From Leptospiraceae bacterium (GTDB lineage Bacteria; Spirochaetota; Leptospiria; Leptospirales; Leptonemataceae), in NCBI GenBank assembly GCA_040217195.1, contig JAVJNR010000004.1, positions 96,001-160,000 on the forward strand: a stretch of DNA of 64,000 nt, given 5' to 3'. The notes below the pieces were generated by a model that worked only from the letters and a program-made list of their open reading frames with translations, was not told the DNA's origin and ran no database searches. Both the position numbers and the translations under genes were made by a program. Shown one piece after another: positions 30,393 to 39,589 of this stretch. Position 1 is the stretch's first letter. Every line of letters starts with the position of its first letter.

Positions 30393-30507
30393 AACGAACC
30401 CCCTGCTTATCTACAACAATCTGGGCCGATCCGGCCCGGTGTCAATGAAATCTATTGACGGAACCAAATTTTACTGACAGGGCCGGGGCTGCGAGCATTT
30501 CTACAGC

Positions 30508-33285
30508 ATGGCCAAACGTCCTACCCTACTCGTTGTTGATGCCCATGCAATGGCTTACAGGGCCTATTTTGCTCTCCAGAATCAAAATCTCACCAATGCT
30601 TCCGGTCAGGTTGTAACTGCAATTTTTGGTTTTTTTCGCATGCTCTTCAAGGTTCTCCGCGATCTGCAGCCAGAAATGACAGCCATTACCTGGGATGCCT
30701 CTGGAGGATCTTTCCGAAATAGAATGTACGATCAGTACAAGGCCCAGAGAAAACCCATGCCAGATGACCTTAGATTTCAGATTGATGAGATCAAAGAGAT
30801 GCTGGATAAGTCCGGATTCCAGAATCTTCTAGTCCAGGATTTTGAGGCTGACGACCTCATGGGCAGTCTGGCAAAGCGATACGGAAGTAAGCAAAACGTA
30901 GTGCTTCTAACTGGAGACAAGGATTGTTACCAGTTACTAAATAGGAACGTAAAGATGCTTCGCGGCTCCAAGGGAGTCACCGAATTTATTGAAATTGATC
31001 CGGACTGGGTAAAACAGGAACTGGGAGTTACTGTCAGCCAGATTCCAGATTACATGGCACTCATCGGAGATAGCTCGGACAATATTCCCGGGGCAAAAGG
31101 CATTGGTCCCAAGTCTGCAGAAAAACTCATTCAAGAGTATGGCACAATTGATAAGATCTATAAAAAGCTCGATGAGATAAAGCCAGATGGAATTCGCAAG
31201 AAACTGGAAGACTCCAGAGATGAGGTAGTACTATCCAGGGAACTGGCAACAATCAAACTGGATGTTTCAGAAATCCAGGCTCTCAAAGATGAATCCATTT
31301 CTACTCCAAATTATCTGAGCGATGATGTTCTGAAGTTCTTCTTAAACCAGGGATACAATGCAATCTATAAGGATTTGCAGAGGGACCGCGCAGCTGCCGG
31401 TGAATCCAGCAAGACTGGAACCAAAAACAAATCTGATAAGAACGATAGTGCTACTTCTAAGGCATCTGCCGGACGAAAGTATTCTCTGATAAACAATGAA
31501 GCAGACCTCAAGAAATTGGCGGCCAAACTGAAGAAAGTCAAGGTCCTGGCTGTAGATACGGAAACTACCAGTCTGTCGCCCATGTTTGCATCCCTGGTGG
31601 GAGTTTCTGTATGTACCAAAAAGGAAGAAGCCTACTACATTGCCATCAAAGCCGGAGATGATCTATTCTCGGCCGAAGGTGGTCAGGCCCTGGACCTGGA
31701 AAAGGCACTGCCCCATCTAAAGGAAATCCTGGAAAATCCTCAGTGTAAATACCTGGGACAAAACATAAAATACGATTTTCTTGTATTACGCCGGCATGGA
31801 ATCCACCTTCCCTCCATCTATTTCGATACTATGATCGCCTCCTACCTGGCCAATCCAAACGTACGGCGTCATAATCTGGATGATCTGGCCTTTGATCATC
31901 TGGGCATAGAAACCATTAAATATTCAGAAATCGCCGGCAGTGGTAAGAAGCAGGTTACCCTGGATCAGGTTAATCCGGAAAGTATTCGAGACTATGCCTG
32001 CGAAGATGCTGATGTTACTTTTCAGCTATATCAAATCCTCGAAAAAGATTTAAAGAATAGTGCTCTGAGAAAGGTCCACGATGAAATCGAATGTAAGTTG
32101 ATTCCGGTTCTGGCCAGGATGGAAGAAGCTGGAGTAGCCATCGATGAGAAGTATTTCAGCAAGTTAAGCAAAGATTATGCGAAGAAACTGGAAGGCTTTG
32201 AGCAAAGCATCTACAAGGAGGCTGGATACGAATTCAATATCAATTCTACGAAAGAGCTTCAGGCCCTGCTATTCGAAAAGTTAAACCTGCCCAGGGGAAA
32301 GAAGACAAAAACTGGCTATAGCACTGACCAGTCAGTTCTTGAAGAGCTTCGTGGTCTGCATCCAATCATCGATGCTTTGCTGGAACATAGAAAATACTCC
32401 AAACTGAAATCTACCTATGTTGATACACTGCCGCGTCTGATCCATCCGGAAACAGAAAGGATTCATACCAGCTTTCAGCAAACCATTGCGGCCACAGGTA
32501 GGCTTTCGAGCACAGATCCGAACCTTCAAAACATCCCCATACGCGAGGAAACCGGTCGGGCCATTCGTAGAGGATTTGTACCTGCAAAAGGGAATATCCT
32601 TCTGGCCCTGGACTATTCGCAAATTGAGCTGCGAATCCTGGCACACTATGCGAAAGATGAAGCGCTGCTTGATGCATTTCAGAATGATAAGGATATTCAT
32701 GCAATGACGGCTGCCTCATTGTTTGGCGTAAAAGAAAAGGATGTTAGTCCGGATCAGAGATCCCAGGCAAAAACAGTCAATTTCTCCATTGTCTACGGGG
32801 TTACAGATTATGGCTTAAGCCGCAACCTGGGCATCGCAAGAAAAGAAGCCCAGGAGTTAATCGATCTATTCTTTGAGACCTATCCGGGGGTGCGAAGATA
32901 CATGGATGAGACTATTGTTTTTGCAGAGAAGAACGGATACGTGGAAACCATGTCCGGCCGTCGCAGACAGATACCGGAGATCAATGCATCCAATCGATTC
33001 AGAAAAGAAGGGGCCCGACGGACTGCAATCAATACTCCGATCCAGGGAACTAGCGCAGACATTATCAAGATGGCCATGATTTCTCTTCAAGAGAAGTTAG
33101 ATAAGAAAAAGTATATGTCCCAGATGATTCTGCAGGTGCATGATGAACTGCTGTTTGACACCGTTCCCACAGAAAAGGATGATCTGATCAAGCTGGCCAG
33201 AAGCGAAATGGAATCTGCCATTAAGCTGGATGTTCCATTACGAGTCGATGCAGGGGAAGGTAAGAACTGGGATGAAGCGCATTAG
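30508..33285 (+). CDS. polA: DNA polymerase I
   Basis: 5'-3' exo (EADD, GDKD, GDSSDNIPG), intact 3'-5' exo (DTET, NIKYD, YACED), DYSQIELR, QVHDEL. Confidence 0.98.
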   Translation: MAKRPTLLVVDAHAMAYRAYFALQNQNLTNASGQVVTAIFGFFRMLFKVLRDLQPEMTAITWDASGGSFRNRMYDQYKAQRKPMPDDLRFQIDEIKEMLDKSGFQNLLVQDFEADDLMGSLAKRYGSKQNVVLLTGDKDCYQLLNRNVKMLRGSKGVTEFIEIDPDWVKQELGVTVSQIPDYMALIGDSSDNIPGAKGIGPKSAEKLIQEYGTIDKIYKKLDEIKPDGIRKKLEDSRDEVVLSRELATIKLDVSEIQALKDESISTPNYLSDDVLKFFLNQGYNAIYKDLQRDRAAAGESSKTGTKNKSDKNDSATSKASAGRKYSLINNEADLKKLAAKLKKVKVLAVDTETTSLSPMFASLVGVSVCTKKEEAYYIAIKAGDDLFSAEGGQALDLEKALPHLKEILENPQCKYLGQNIKYDFLVLRRHGIHLPSIYFDTMIASYLANPNVRRHNLDDLAFDHLGIETIKYSEIAGSGKKQVTLDQVNPESIRDYACEDADVTFQLYQILEKDLKNSALRKVHDEIECKLIPVLARMEEAGVAIDEKYFSKLSKDYAKKLEGFEQSIYKEAGYEFNINSTKELQALLFEKLNLPRGKKTKTGYSTDQSVLEELRGLHPIIDALLEHRKYSKLKSTYVDTLPRLIHPETERIHTSFQQTIAATGRLSSTDPNLQNIPIREETGRAIRRGFVPAKGNILLALDYSQIELRILAHYAKDEALLDAFQNDKDIHAMTAASLFGVKEKDVSPDQRSQAKTVNFSIVYGVTDYGLSRNLGIARKEAQELIDLFFETYPGVRRYMDETIVFAEKNGYVETMSGRRRQIPEINASNRFRKEGARRTAINTPIQGTSADIIKMAMISLQEKLDKKKYMSQMILQVHDELLFDTVPTEKDDLIKLARSEMESAIKLDVPLRVDAGEGKNWDEAH

Positions 33286-33564
33286 ATAAGAGTCCGGATT
33301 AAAGGGCTTGAGGAAAGGGTCTTATTGGAGCATTTGATTAAGCCACCTTGAGCTCATTGGCTAATTCCAACAAGGACAAGAACTATAGCAACAGGGATTG
33401 TAAACCTGTTTCCTGACGAAGATTTTCTTCTGTTCTAACCCGGAACGGCTAACGCATAGCTTCACTGTCCCAATCTATGATCGCGCCAGATTTTCTATAG
33501 CCAGTGCATCGCTTCGGTATGACCGCTGTCTGCTCTATTGAAAAGCCTGCTTTCTGCGTTTAAA

Positions 33565-34173
33565 CTATCGAAGGATTATATCGCCGGCATCGTAGATCTG
33601 GCTGGCATCCTGGTTAAGCTGAAATGTCTGGGCCGATCCAGTATTGGAGTTAATGGTAGAAGATGGTCCGGTGTAATAACCCGGCGAAAAGCTACTGGGA
33701 TTCTGAAAGCAGTCTATATGAGTATCGATTCGACCATCGTAGGTTGAATCGATGGGTTCCACGGAGATTCTGTATTGATCTGTGATATTGGGTAACCCCG
33801 CCATATAAAAGCTACCATCACCGTTTAGACCGGTAAACGTGGAAACAAAGCGCTTTCCCGGGCCATCCGATGCCCCGTCTGTATCCGAATCCTGAACAAT
33901 AACCAGAGCCGCAATAGCCGGATCCCCGTTGGCCTGCAAGACCCTACCTTGAACAGTGGGCCATACATTGGCCACGGAAGGACGCACCGCTGAAAGCTGG
34001 GGCGCTGATTGAAAGTTGCATGGATTGGAAGCATATAGGACAATCAGAGCAGAAAGCAAAATATCATCGTTACCTTTCCTGGGCTGGCACGCTGTTGCTA
34101 GAAAGCCAAAACCGGCCAGAAGAGCCAGCGTTTGAACCATGTATTGAACGGGTTTCGCTTTATTGATAAACAT
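33565..34173 (-). CDS. Lipoprotein with carboxypeptidase-regulatory-like (transthyretin-type) domain
   Basis: Signal ending LATAC; VQGRV...GDP...ALVIV; DGSFYMAGLP...YRISVEPID. Confidence 0.7.
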   Translation of the reverse strand: MFINKAKPVQYMVQTLALLAGFGFLATACQPRKGNDDILLSALIVLYASNPCNFQSAPQLSAVRPSVANVWPTVQGRVLQANGDPAIAALVIVQDSDTDGASDGPGKRFVSTFTGLNGDGSFYMAGLPNITDQYRISVEPIDSTYDGRIDTHIDCFQNPSSFSPGYYTGPSSTINSNTGSAQTFQLNQDASQIYDAGDIILR

Positions 34174-34306
34174 TTCTTATAATCACCGGAAGGACATCGT
34201 CCTGGTTCCATCCATCACCCGTTGCTCCTCGAATCAGATAGCGAGACAAAGAAGTCTCCTGGGTGCTTTAATGTTGCTCTACCTCTAAGGAATTGCATAA
34301 ACATAC

Positions 34307-35176
34307 CTACTGGCCGTATACCGTAATCAGGCCTGCTTTTTCATCGTCTGTTAAAGTTTTGCTTACCGAGGGTGGGTTGGGTGCAAATGGATGCATTACC
34401 GGAACAAAATCCGAAGTGGAGGCTACAACTCCAGCTGAGTCAATATTGTCCCCTGCCACAGAATGGGCGAAACCCAGTACATGCCCCAATTCATGTAATA
34501 GAGTGTATCTATAGTACTGTTGTTGCTGAAGAGCTGAAAGACTACCGATGAGTTCGCCGTTCAATATCATCAGCCCCGAACAAACCTCGTTCGGGCGAGA
34601 ATTGTCAATGGCCAGAGGTACCCCGATTCCCAGAACACTGTCTGGATCAACTCCCAGATTCCTCAGCACGGCGCCATCTGCATCCCAGACCACGCGGATC
34701 ACCCCGGCCGTAGGATTTCGCAAGAAGGCATTCACCGAATTTGCATCCATGGCAAAGTAGGTAATGTTTGCACCGTTGGTGGTAATATCAGTGAGTATAT
34801 TCACATTGGCGCCACCATCCTGATTCCACTCATCGTGTACTGATTTAATCAAGTTTCCGTAGGTAATATTTCCGTTGGATGGATCGTCTGTATCATAGGT
34901 AACTGAAATGGGCCGACTGCTGGAATTGCAGCCAGAACCAAACACCCATTGCTGCCTCAATCCATTTTGAGCTATAAAGAAAAACCAGGAATGCACTGTT
35001 CCGGGTGCATATATGGCGGCGCCAGACAGTAGTACAATGCCAAGAGCAAGCACCCCTGCCAGGATCTGAATAGGCCTGCGAAACCCGGGTTGAGCCATTC
35101 CTGATTGAACTGAATTTCCCGCCATTGCTGTGGCCTGTAGCTTTCGCCACTGCGAATTGGAAGCATCAGACTTCAT
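34307..35176 (-). CDS. Exported metzincin (matrixin/M10-like) zinc metalloprotease
   Basis: HELGHVLGFAH zinc motif, Met-turn PVMHP, hydrophobic anchor; ATG 35176 with SD GGAGG just after upstream stop. Confidence 0.85.
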   Translation of the reverse strand: MKSDASNSQWRKLQATAMAGNSVQSGMAQPGFRRPIQILAGVLALGIVLLSGAAIYAPGTVHSWFFFIAQNGLRQQWVFGSGCNSSSRPISVTYDTDDPSNGNITYGNLIKSVHDEWNQDGGANVNILTDITTNGANITYFAMDANSVNAFLRNPTAGVIRVVWDADGAVLRNLGVDPDSVLGIGVPLAIDNSRPNEVCSGLMILNGELIGSLSALQQQQYYRYTLLHELGHVLGFAHSVAGDNIDSAGVVASTSDFVPVMHPFAPNPPSVSKTLTDDEKAGLITVYGQ

Positions 35177-35177
35177 C

Positions 35178-35660
35178 TCAAGGGCCTCCTTTAACCAGGG
35201 AACGAAACTCATGGAGAGAAAGCCTTCTTCCATGAAAGGATTTACCGAAACCGGTGATGGGCCGGGCCAGCCAGTAGTTTCCGCTGGAATCCTCCAGAAG
35301 CTCAATTTTGCCCCAGTGCAGAGATTTTAACGGATAATACCCCTCGTTGGTCCGAGAACCCAGAAAAACGATCCACCTGGATCCAGCGCCCTCCAGCACC
35401 GGTGATGGTTGAATGACCCGCGAAGCGGAAAAAATACGAATATCAATGACGGCAGGCAGATTGCCCTTCCATACTTCCAGCACCTGTAAGCGATACTGGA
35501 CCAGATTGGCTCCGCCCGGTGCAGCCACAATGTTTTCCACTTCCACCACTGCAATGTGCTGAGCATTTCCCACGTAATCCCGGGTTGTTCGGGGAAACTC
35601 AATTGCCATTGCTGGACTTACAAGAAGTAGGATGATTAGCAGGAGAGCATTTCGGTACAT
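35178..35660 (-). CDS. Secreted hypothetical protein (possible OB/NTR-like fold)
   Basis: Signal peptide ...PAMA; AQHIAVVEV...YRLQVLEVWKG...G.RWIVFL. Confidence 0.7.
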   Translation of the reverse strand: MYRNALLLIILLLVSPAMAIEFPRTTRDYVGNAQHIAVVEVENIVAAPGGANLVQYRLQVLEVWKGNLPAVIDIRIFSASRVIQPSPVLEGAGSRWIVFLGSRTNEGYYPLKSLHWGKIELLEDSSGNYWLARPITGFGKSFHGRRLSLHEFRSLVKGGP

Positions 35661-35761
35661 GGTGGTTTCTATAATTAGACAACACCGGGCGGATCCTGGT
35701 TTGCAGGAATTGCGCTTGACCCTGGCCCTGGTGGAGCACTATTTCAAGCTCTCAGGGAGCG

Positions 35762-37510
35762 GTGTCTTTGGCCACAAAAAAAGGTGTTAGTAAAGCCAGT
35801 CCAGAACCACAGGAAACAGAAAAACGTGACCTGGCCCAGGAGCTGGAACGGGCTGGAGGTAGATTACACAGCCTATTTGTTCAATTACCCCATATGCTGG
35901 GAGTTAGTAGATCTGATGCAATCCTGATGCATTCTCAGATCGACGATGGCTCCAGGATCAAATCCTTACCATACTGGATGTTTGTCATTTCTTCCTGCGG
36001 CATTGCCACCCTTGGTTTGATAATCAATAGTCCGGCGGTGATCATTGGAGCCATGCTGGTTTCACCTTTGATGGCCCCCATAATCGGTCTGGGAATGAGT
36101 GTTGCTATCAGCGATGTGTATCTTGGTTTAAAATCCGGTGTAAACATCATTCTTTCCAGCATTGTAGCAGTTTTAACCGCAGCCGCAATAACTTACATAG
36201 TACCCATCAATGAATTAACGCCAGAGATTCTTTCGCGTACCAGCCCAACTTTTCTAGATCTATTTATCGCCCTTTTCTGTGGTCTGGTGGCTGCACTGAG
36301 TTCGGTTCGTAGCGAAGGAGATGCAATCATGAGTTCCGTGGCTCCAGGCGCTGCCATTGGAGTGGCCTTGATGCCTCCAATTTGTGTGGTGGGCTATGGT
36401 CTGGGCACCGGTTTCACCGCCAGCATCATGTGGGGAGCCTTTCTGTTATTTGTAACCAACCTGTCTGCCATTATCATGGTATCTTCGGTCTTCTACTATT
36501 TTGTCTATGAAGGTTACAACATCCATAAGTTGATTAAGCTTCTTACCGGCCGTAGAGAAAAATCCGAGCCTCTGTTTCGACTTCTGGGCAGACAGCAATG
36601 GTGGATTCGCCTGAATGAATCTATTGGTTCAGGGAAGCGATTCCTGTTTCCTGTATTGCTATTGCTTCTGATTAGTTATCCGTTGATCAGTTCTCTATCT
36701 TATCTAAAAGAAAAAATCGACATTCGAAATTTCATCTCCACGGAGCTGAGTTCTGTTCAGGGCATGAGCTTGATTCGCGGAATCGATGGGCTGGTATTCG
36801 ACCGAAACGATGTAAAAGGCACCATTGTCTATTCTTCGTCTGAGCTTCCCGGCGCGGATTTTCAGGATAGATTAAATCAGGACATAGAAACCAGATTTCC
36901 AGATTACAGTGCGGCGATTACACTTGTAAGAGTGGCCCGGGAATCGGACCTTTCCAGTCTTCGCAAGACCCAGGAACTTACCCTGGATACTTCGCCGGAG
37001 ACCTTTCATGATGCCATTCGCAATCGGCATGCAACTGAACTTGTAGAAAGAGCCCAGTCTTTACTCAATGCAAGGTTTCCTCAAAATGCAGGCATCATTC
37101 TAGAAACCAGACTGATTTATAGTACGGATGGTATGGACCGAGTTCTGGTAGAATTTGCAGGCCCTCCCATGCCCAGAGAAACCCGCGAAATTCTGGAAGA
37201 AACTCTTACCAGAGCACTCCAGGCCCTGAAAGGTGATCTGAGAACCGTTGAATTGAACCGTCAGGGAAGAGTCCAGGCCACGTATGCCTGCGATACCGCT
37301 GCTCAAAAAGAGAACTGGGACCGGATCTGGTCCATAGAATTGCAGAGATTGAGAAACAATCCTTTTTTGAAAATTCAGATAACAACCGGTGGATATGAAA
37401 AACAAATCCAGAATTCTTTAAAAGACGTTTCTGATTCGATAACAAAGCGAATCCAGTTAAAGCAATCCAATGAGCGTCCATGTAAAATAGATCGATTGTA
37501 TCTTCCTTAA
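35762..37510 (+). CDS. DUF389 membrane protein
   Basis: IATLGL..NSPAVIIGAMLVSPLMAPI, EILSRTSP, GAAIGVALMPP. Confidence 0.9.
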   Translation: MSLATKKGVSKASPEPQETEKRDLAQELERAGGRLHSLFVQLPHMLGVSRSDAILMHSQIDDGSRIKSLPYWMFVISSCGIATLGLIINSPAVIIGAMLVSPLMAPIIGLGMSVAISDVYLGLKSGVNIILSSIVAVLTAAAITYIVPINELTPEILSRTSPTFLDLFIALFCGLVAALSSVRSEGDAIMSSVAPGAAIGVALMPPICVVGYGLGTGFTASIMWGAFLLFVTNLSAIIMVSSVFYYFVYEGYNIHKLIKLLTGRREKSEPLFRLLGRQQWWIRLNESIGSGKRFLFPVLLLLLISYPLISSLSYLKEKIDIRNFISTELSSVQGMSLIRGIDGLVFDRNDVKGTIVYSSSELPGADFQDRLNQDIETRFPDYSAAITLVRVARESDLSSLRKTQELTLDTSPETFHDAIRNRHATELVERAQSLLNARFPQNAGIILETRLIYSTDGMDRVLVEFAGPPMPRETREILEETLTRALQALKGDLRTVELNRQGRVQATYACDTAAQKENWDRIWSIELQRLRNNPFLKIQITTGGYEKQIQNSLKDVSDSITKRIQLKQSNERPCKIDRLYLP

Positions 37511-37522
37511 AACGAAGGTCTC

Positions 37523-39031
37523 TTATTTGCCCGTTGGAACCTTTTTAACCCTCCTCTGTAATTCCTGGTAAGATGTCTTCCGGCACTGCCTGGAAAATAG
37601 TCTGTTCCAGACATAGGAATCCCCTTCTCTGGTTCCATAATCCTTTCTGTGCAATGCCACAAACAAATCTCTGGCCCGGGTAAGGGCAACATAGGCTATG
37701 CGAACCTCTTCGCTATCCGAGTCCTCGGCGGCGCCACTCCAGCCCCCAAGAACATCCAGAATCACAACAGAAAATTCCAGGCCTTTAGAACGATGAATGG
37801 TAATGCAGGAGTCTTCACTCAATCCTGCTTCCAGCCAGATTCTTCGGCGGTAATTACTTCTACATAGAATGGTCCAGTCTCTGGAACAACTTTGCATCAG
37901 TGCTACTACATCTGCTTCCTGACCGGTTTCCAGGCTCAGCGAAAGAACTGATTTCTCTCTTTCCCTGCGATGAGCCCTAACTTGCTTTTTGATTTGACCG
38001 GGACTGGCTTTAATTAAGCGATTTCCTGCATTCACAATATCAGGTACACTGCGATAGTTTACGGAAAGAAAATGTTTCTCTACACCGCCAAAATGATCCG
38101 TAAAGTTCAGGAATGGTTTAACGTCAGCTCCTCTAAACGAATAGATCGCCTGCCAGTCATCGCCCACAACTACCATCTCCGAAGCGGACATCCGCTGAAG
38201 AAACTCTACCTGCGCTGGATCGGTATCCTGAAATTCATCCACTATTATGGTCTGGTAACTCCCTGGAATTCCAGCGGCCCAATTCCCGGCAATTCGGGCC
38301 TTTCTTAATCCTCCAAGAACAATTCGGATTAAATCCGAGTATTCCAGTAACTGATTTCTCTCTTTGTATTGATTCCAGTATCTATGTATGCGAAAAGCCA
38401 CTCGGGGAAACTCCTGCCGAAATCGTCGGGGATTCGAAAGCAGCAGACCAATGGGAATTCCGCCAACTGTGTACCTGTATCTGTAGAAAAGAGGCTTCAG
38501 GATGCGTATTTTTTCTTCTTCATCCACTACCTGCATTTCTTCGCCTCCAGGATACCACTGGCGAATTAGCTGAAAACAAAATCCATGGAATGTATGAATC
38601 TGAATCTGTTTTTGATACTCTTCAGGAATTCTTTCCAGCATTTCCCGGGCCGCTTTACGGCTGAAGGTCAGCAACAGCAAAGGGTTTCGCTTAGTGCCAA
38701 AGAACTGTTCTGGATGCTCCCCGGAATTAAGATGGTGCGTTTCAGACTGGAATTCGTTCAGGACCTGGACTGCAAGTTGAATTACCGTGCGAGTTTTTCC
38801 GCTTCCGGCAGCTGCAATGACTTGCTTAATCGCAGCGCTGGAATCCAGAACTCTTTGCTGCTCCAATGAGAGGATGTTGGCCTTCTTGACTACAGTATTC
38901 GTTGATTCTTCGTCCAGGCTCACTGGAAAAGGACTGCCCCTTGAGTTGTTTTTCAGAATCTTATCTTCGCCCGACTTCTGGTATGTATCACTTCTCTTTG
39001 TTTTTGGCGCACTTTTCAGAAGTTTCTTCAT
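37523..39031 (-). CDS. Compact UvrD/Rep-family SF1 helicase
   Basis: AAAGSGKT, TFSRKAA, TFH, DEFQD, VGDDWQAIYSFRGA, NYRS, TIHRSKGLEF, YVALTRA. Confidence 0.9.
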   Translation of the reverse strand: MKKLLKSAPKTKRSDTYQKSGEDKILKNNSRGSPFPVSLDEESTNTVVKKANILSLEQQRVLDSSAAIKQVIAAAGSGKTRTVIQLAVQVLNEFQSETHHLNSGEHPEQFFGTKRNPLLLLTFSRKAAREMLERIPEEYQKQIQIHTFHGFCFQLIRQWYPGGEEMQVVDEEEKIRILKPLFYRYRYTVGGIPIGLLLSNPRRFRQEFPRVAFRIHRYWNQYKERNQLLEYSDLIRIVLGGLRKARIAGNWAAGIPGSYQTIIVDEFQDTDPAQVEFLQRMSASEMVVVGDDWQAIYSFRGADVKPFLNFTDHFGGVEKHFLSVNYRSVPDIVNAGNRLIKASPGQIKKQVRAHRREREKSVLSLSLETGQEADVVALMQSCSRDWTILCRSNYRRRIWLEAGLSEDSCITIHRSKGLEFSVVILDVLGGWSGAAEDSDSEEVRIAYVALTRARDLFVALHRKDYGTREGDSYVWNRLFSRQCRKTSYQELQRRVKKVPTGK

Positions 39032-39140
39032 ATAGTCAGAGGTGTGCAATAAACGTTACGTCTCGAAAAAATGTGAACGATCTCTTTTGCCAGCACAAAC
39101 TGGGTATAGAGACGGGCCTTCATGGCCCCCAGGAGGAAGT

Positions 39141-39500
39141 ATGAACAATCTCTCTTTAGTGATTCTAGACGGAAATCTGGTGCAGGATCCAGAACTCAAG
39201 GAACTCGGAAATGAACGTAAGGTCGTCAACTTTACAGTAGCGGCCAACCATGGCTTTAGATCGAAGGAGGACAATTCCAGGGAATTCGTAAGCTATTTCA
39301 ATGTAGAAGCATGGGATAAACAGGCTGGGCCTATCGCTCAATATCTAAAGAAAGGATCCCGGGTCACCATAGAAGGCAACCTTCGGCAGGATCGCTGGAA
39401 AGACGATGAAGGTTTTAACAGAAACAAGGTAAAGATCGTAGCAAGAAATGTTCGGTTTGACTGGGTCCAGAAACCAGAAGCTGCCGGACGAGCAGCCTGA
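39141..39500 (+). CDS. ssb: Single-stranded DNA-binding protein lacking acidic tail
   Basis: GNLVQDPEL, FTVAAN, YLKKGSRVTIEG.L; SD AGGAGG. Confidence 0.88.
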   Translation: MNNLSLVILDGNLVQDPELKELGNERKVVNFTVAANHGFRSKEDNSREFVSYFNVEAWDKQAGPIAQYLKKGSRVTIEGNLRQDRWKDDEGFNRNKVKIVARNVRFDWVQKPEAAGRAA

Positions 39501-39530
39501 TCAAAACTCCCCAATACCTACACCTGGATA

Positions 39531-39564
39531 CCGGTAGCAAGAATGGCTACCGGGCTTTTTTTTT
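39531..39564 (+). terminator. Rho-independent terminator after ssb
   Basis: CCGGTAGC-7nt-GCTACCGG then T9 run. Confidence 0.8.
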
Positions 39565-39589
39565 GAATCTATTCGAAATATGCATCCGA

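Noticed and set aside
33286..33564. Possible ncRNA in the 280-nt gap after polA
   Set aside because: Only short hairpins (e.g. AACAGG...CCTGTT); no recognisable tRNA, tmRNA, 6S or riboswitch pattern
39086..39099. Leptospira-type LexA box between uvrD and ssb (TTTG-CCAGCA-CAAA)
   Set aside because: Spacer is 6 nt rather than the 5 nt I recall for that box; short and likely by chance
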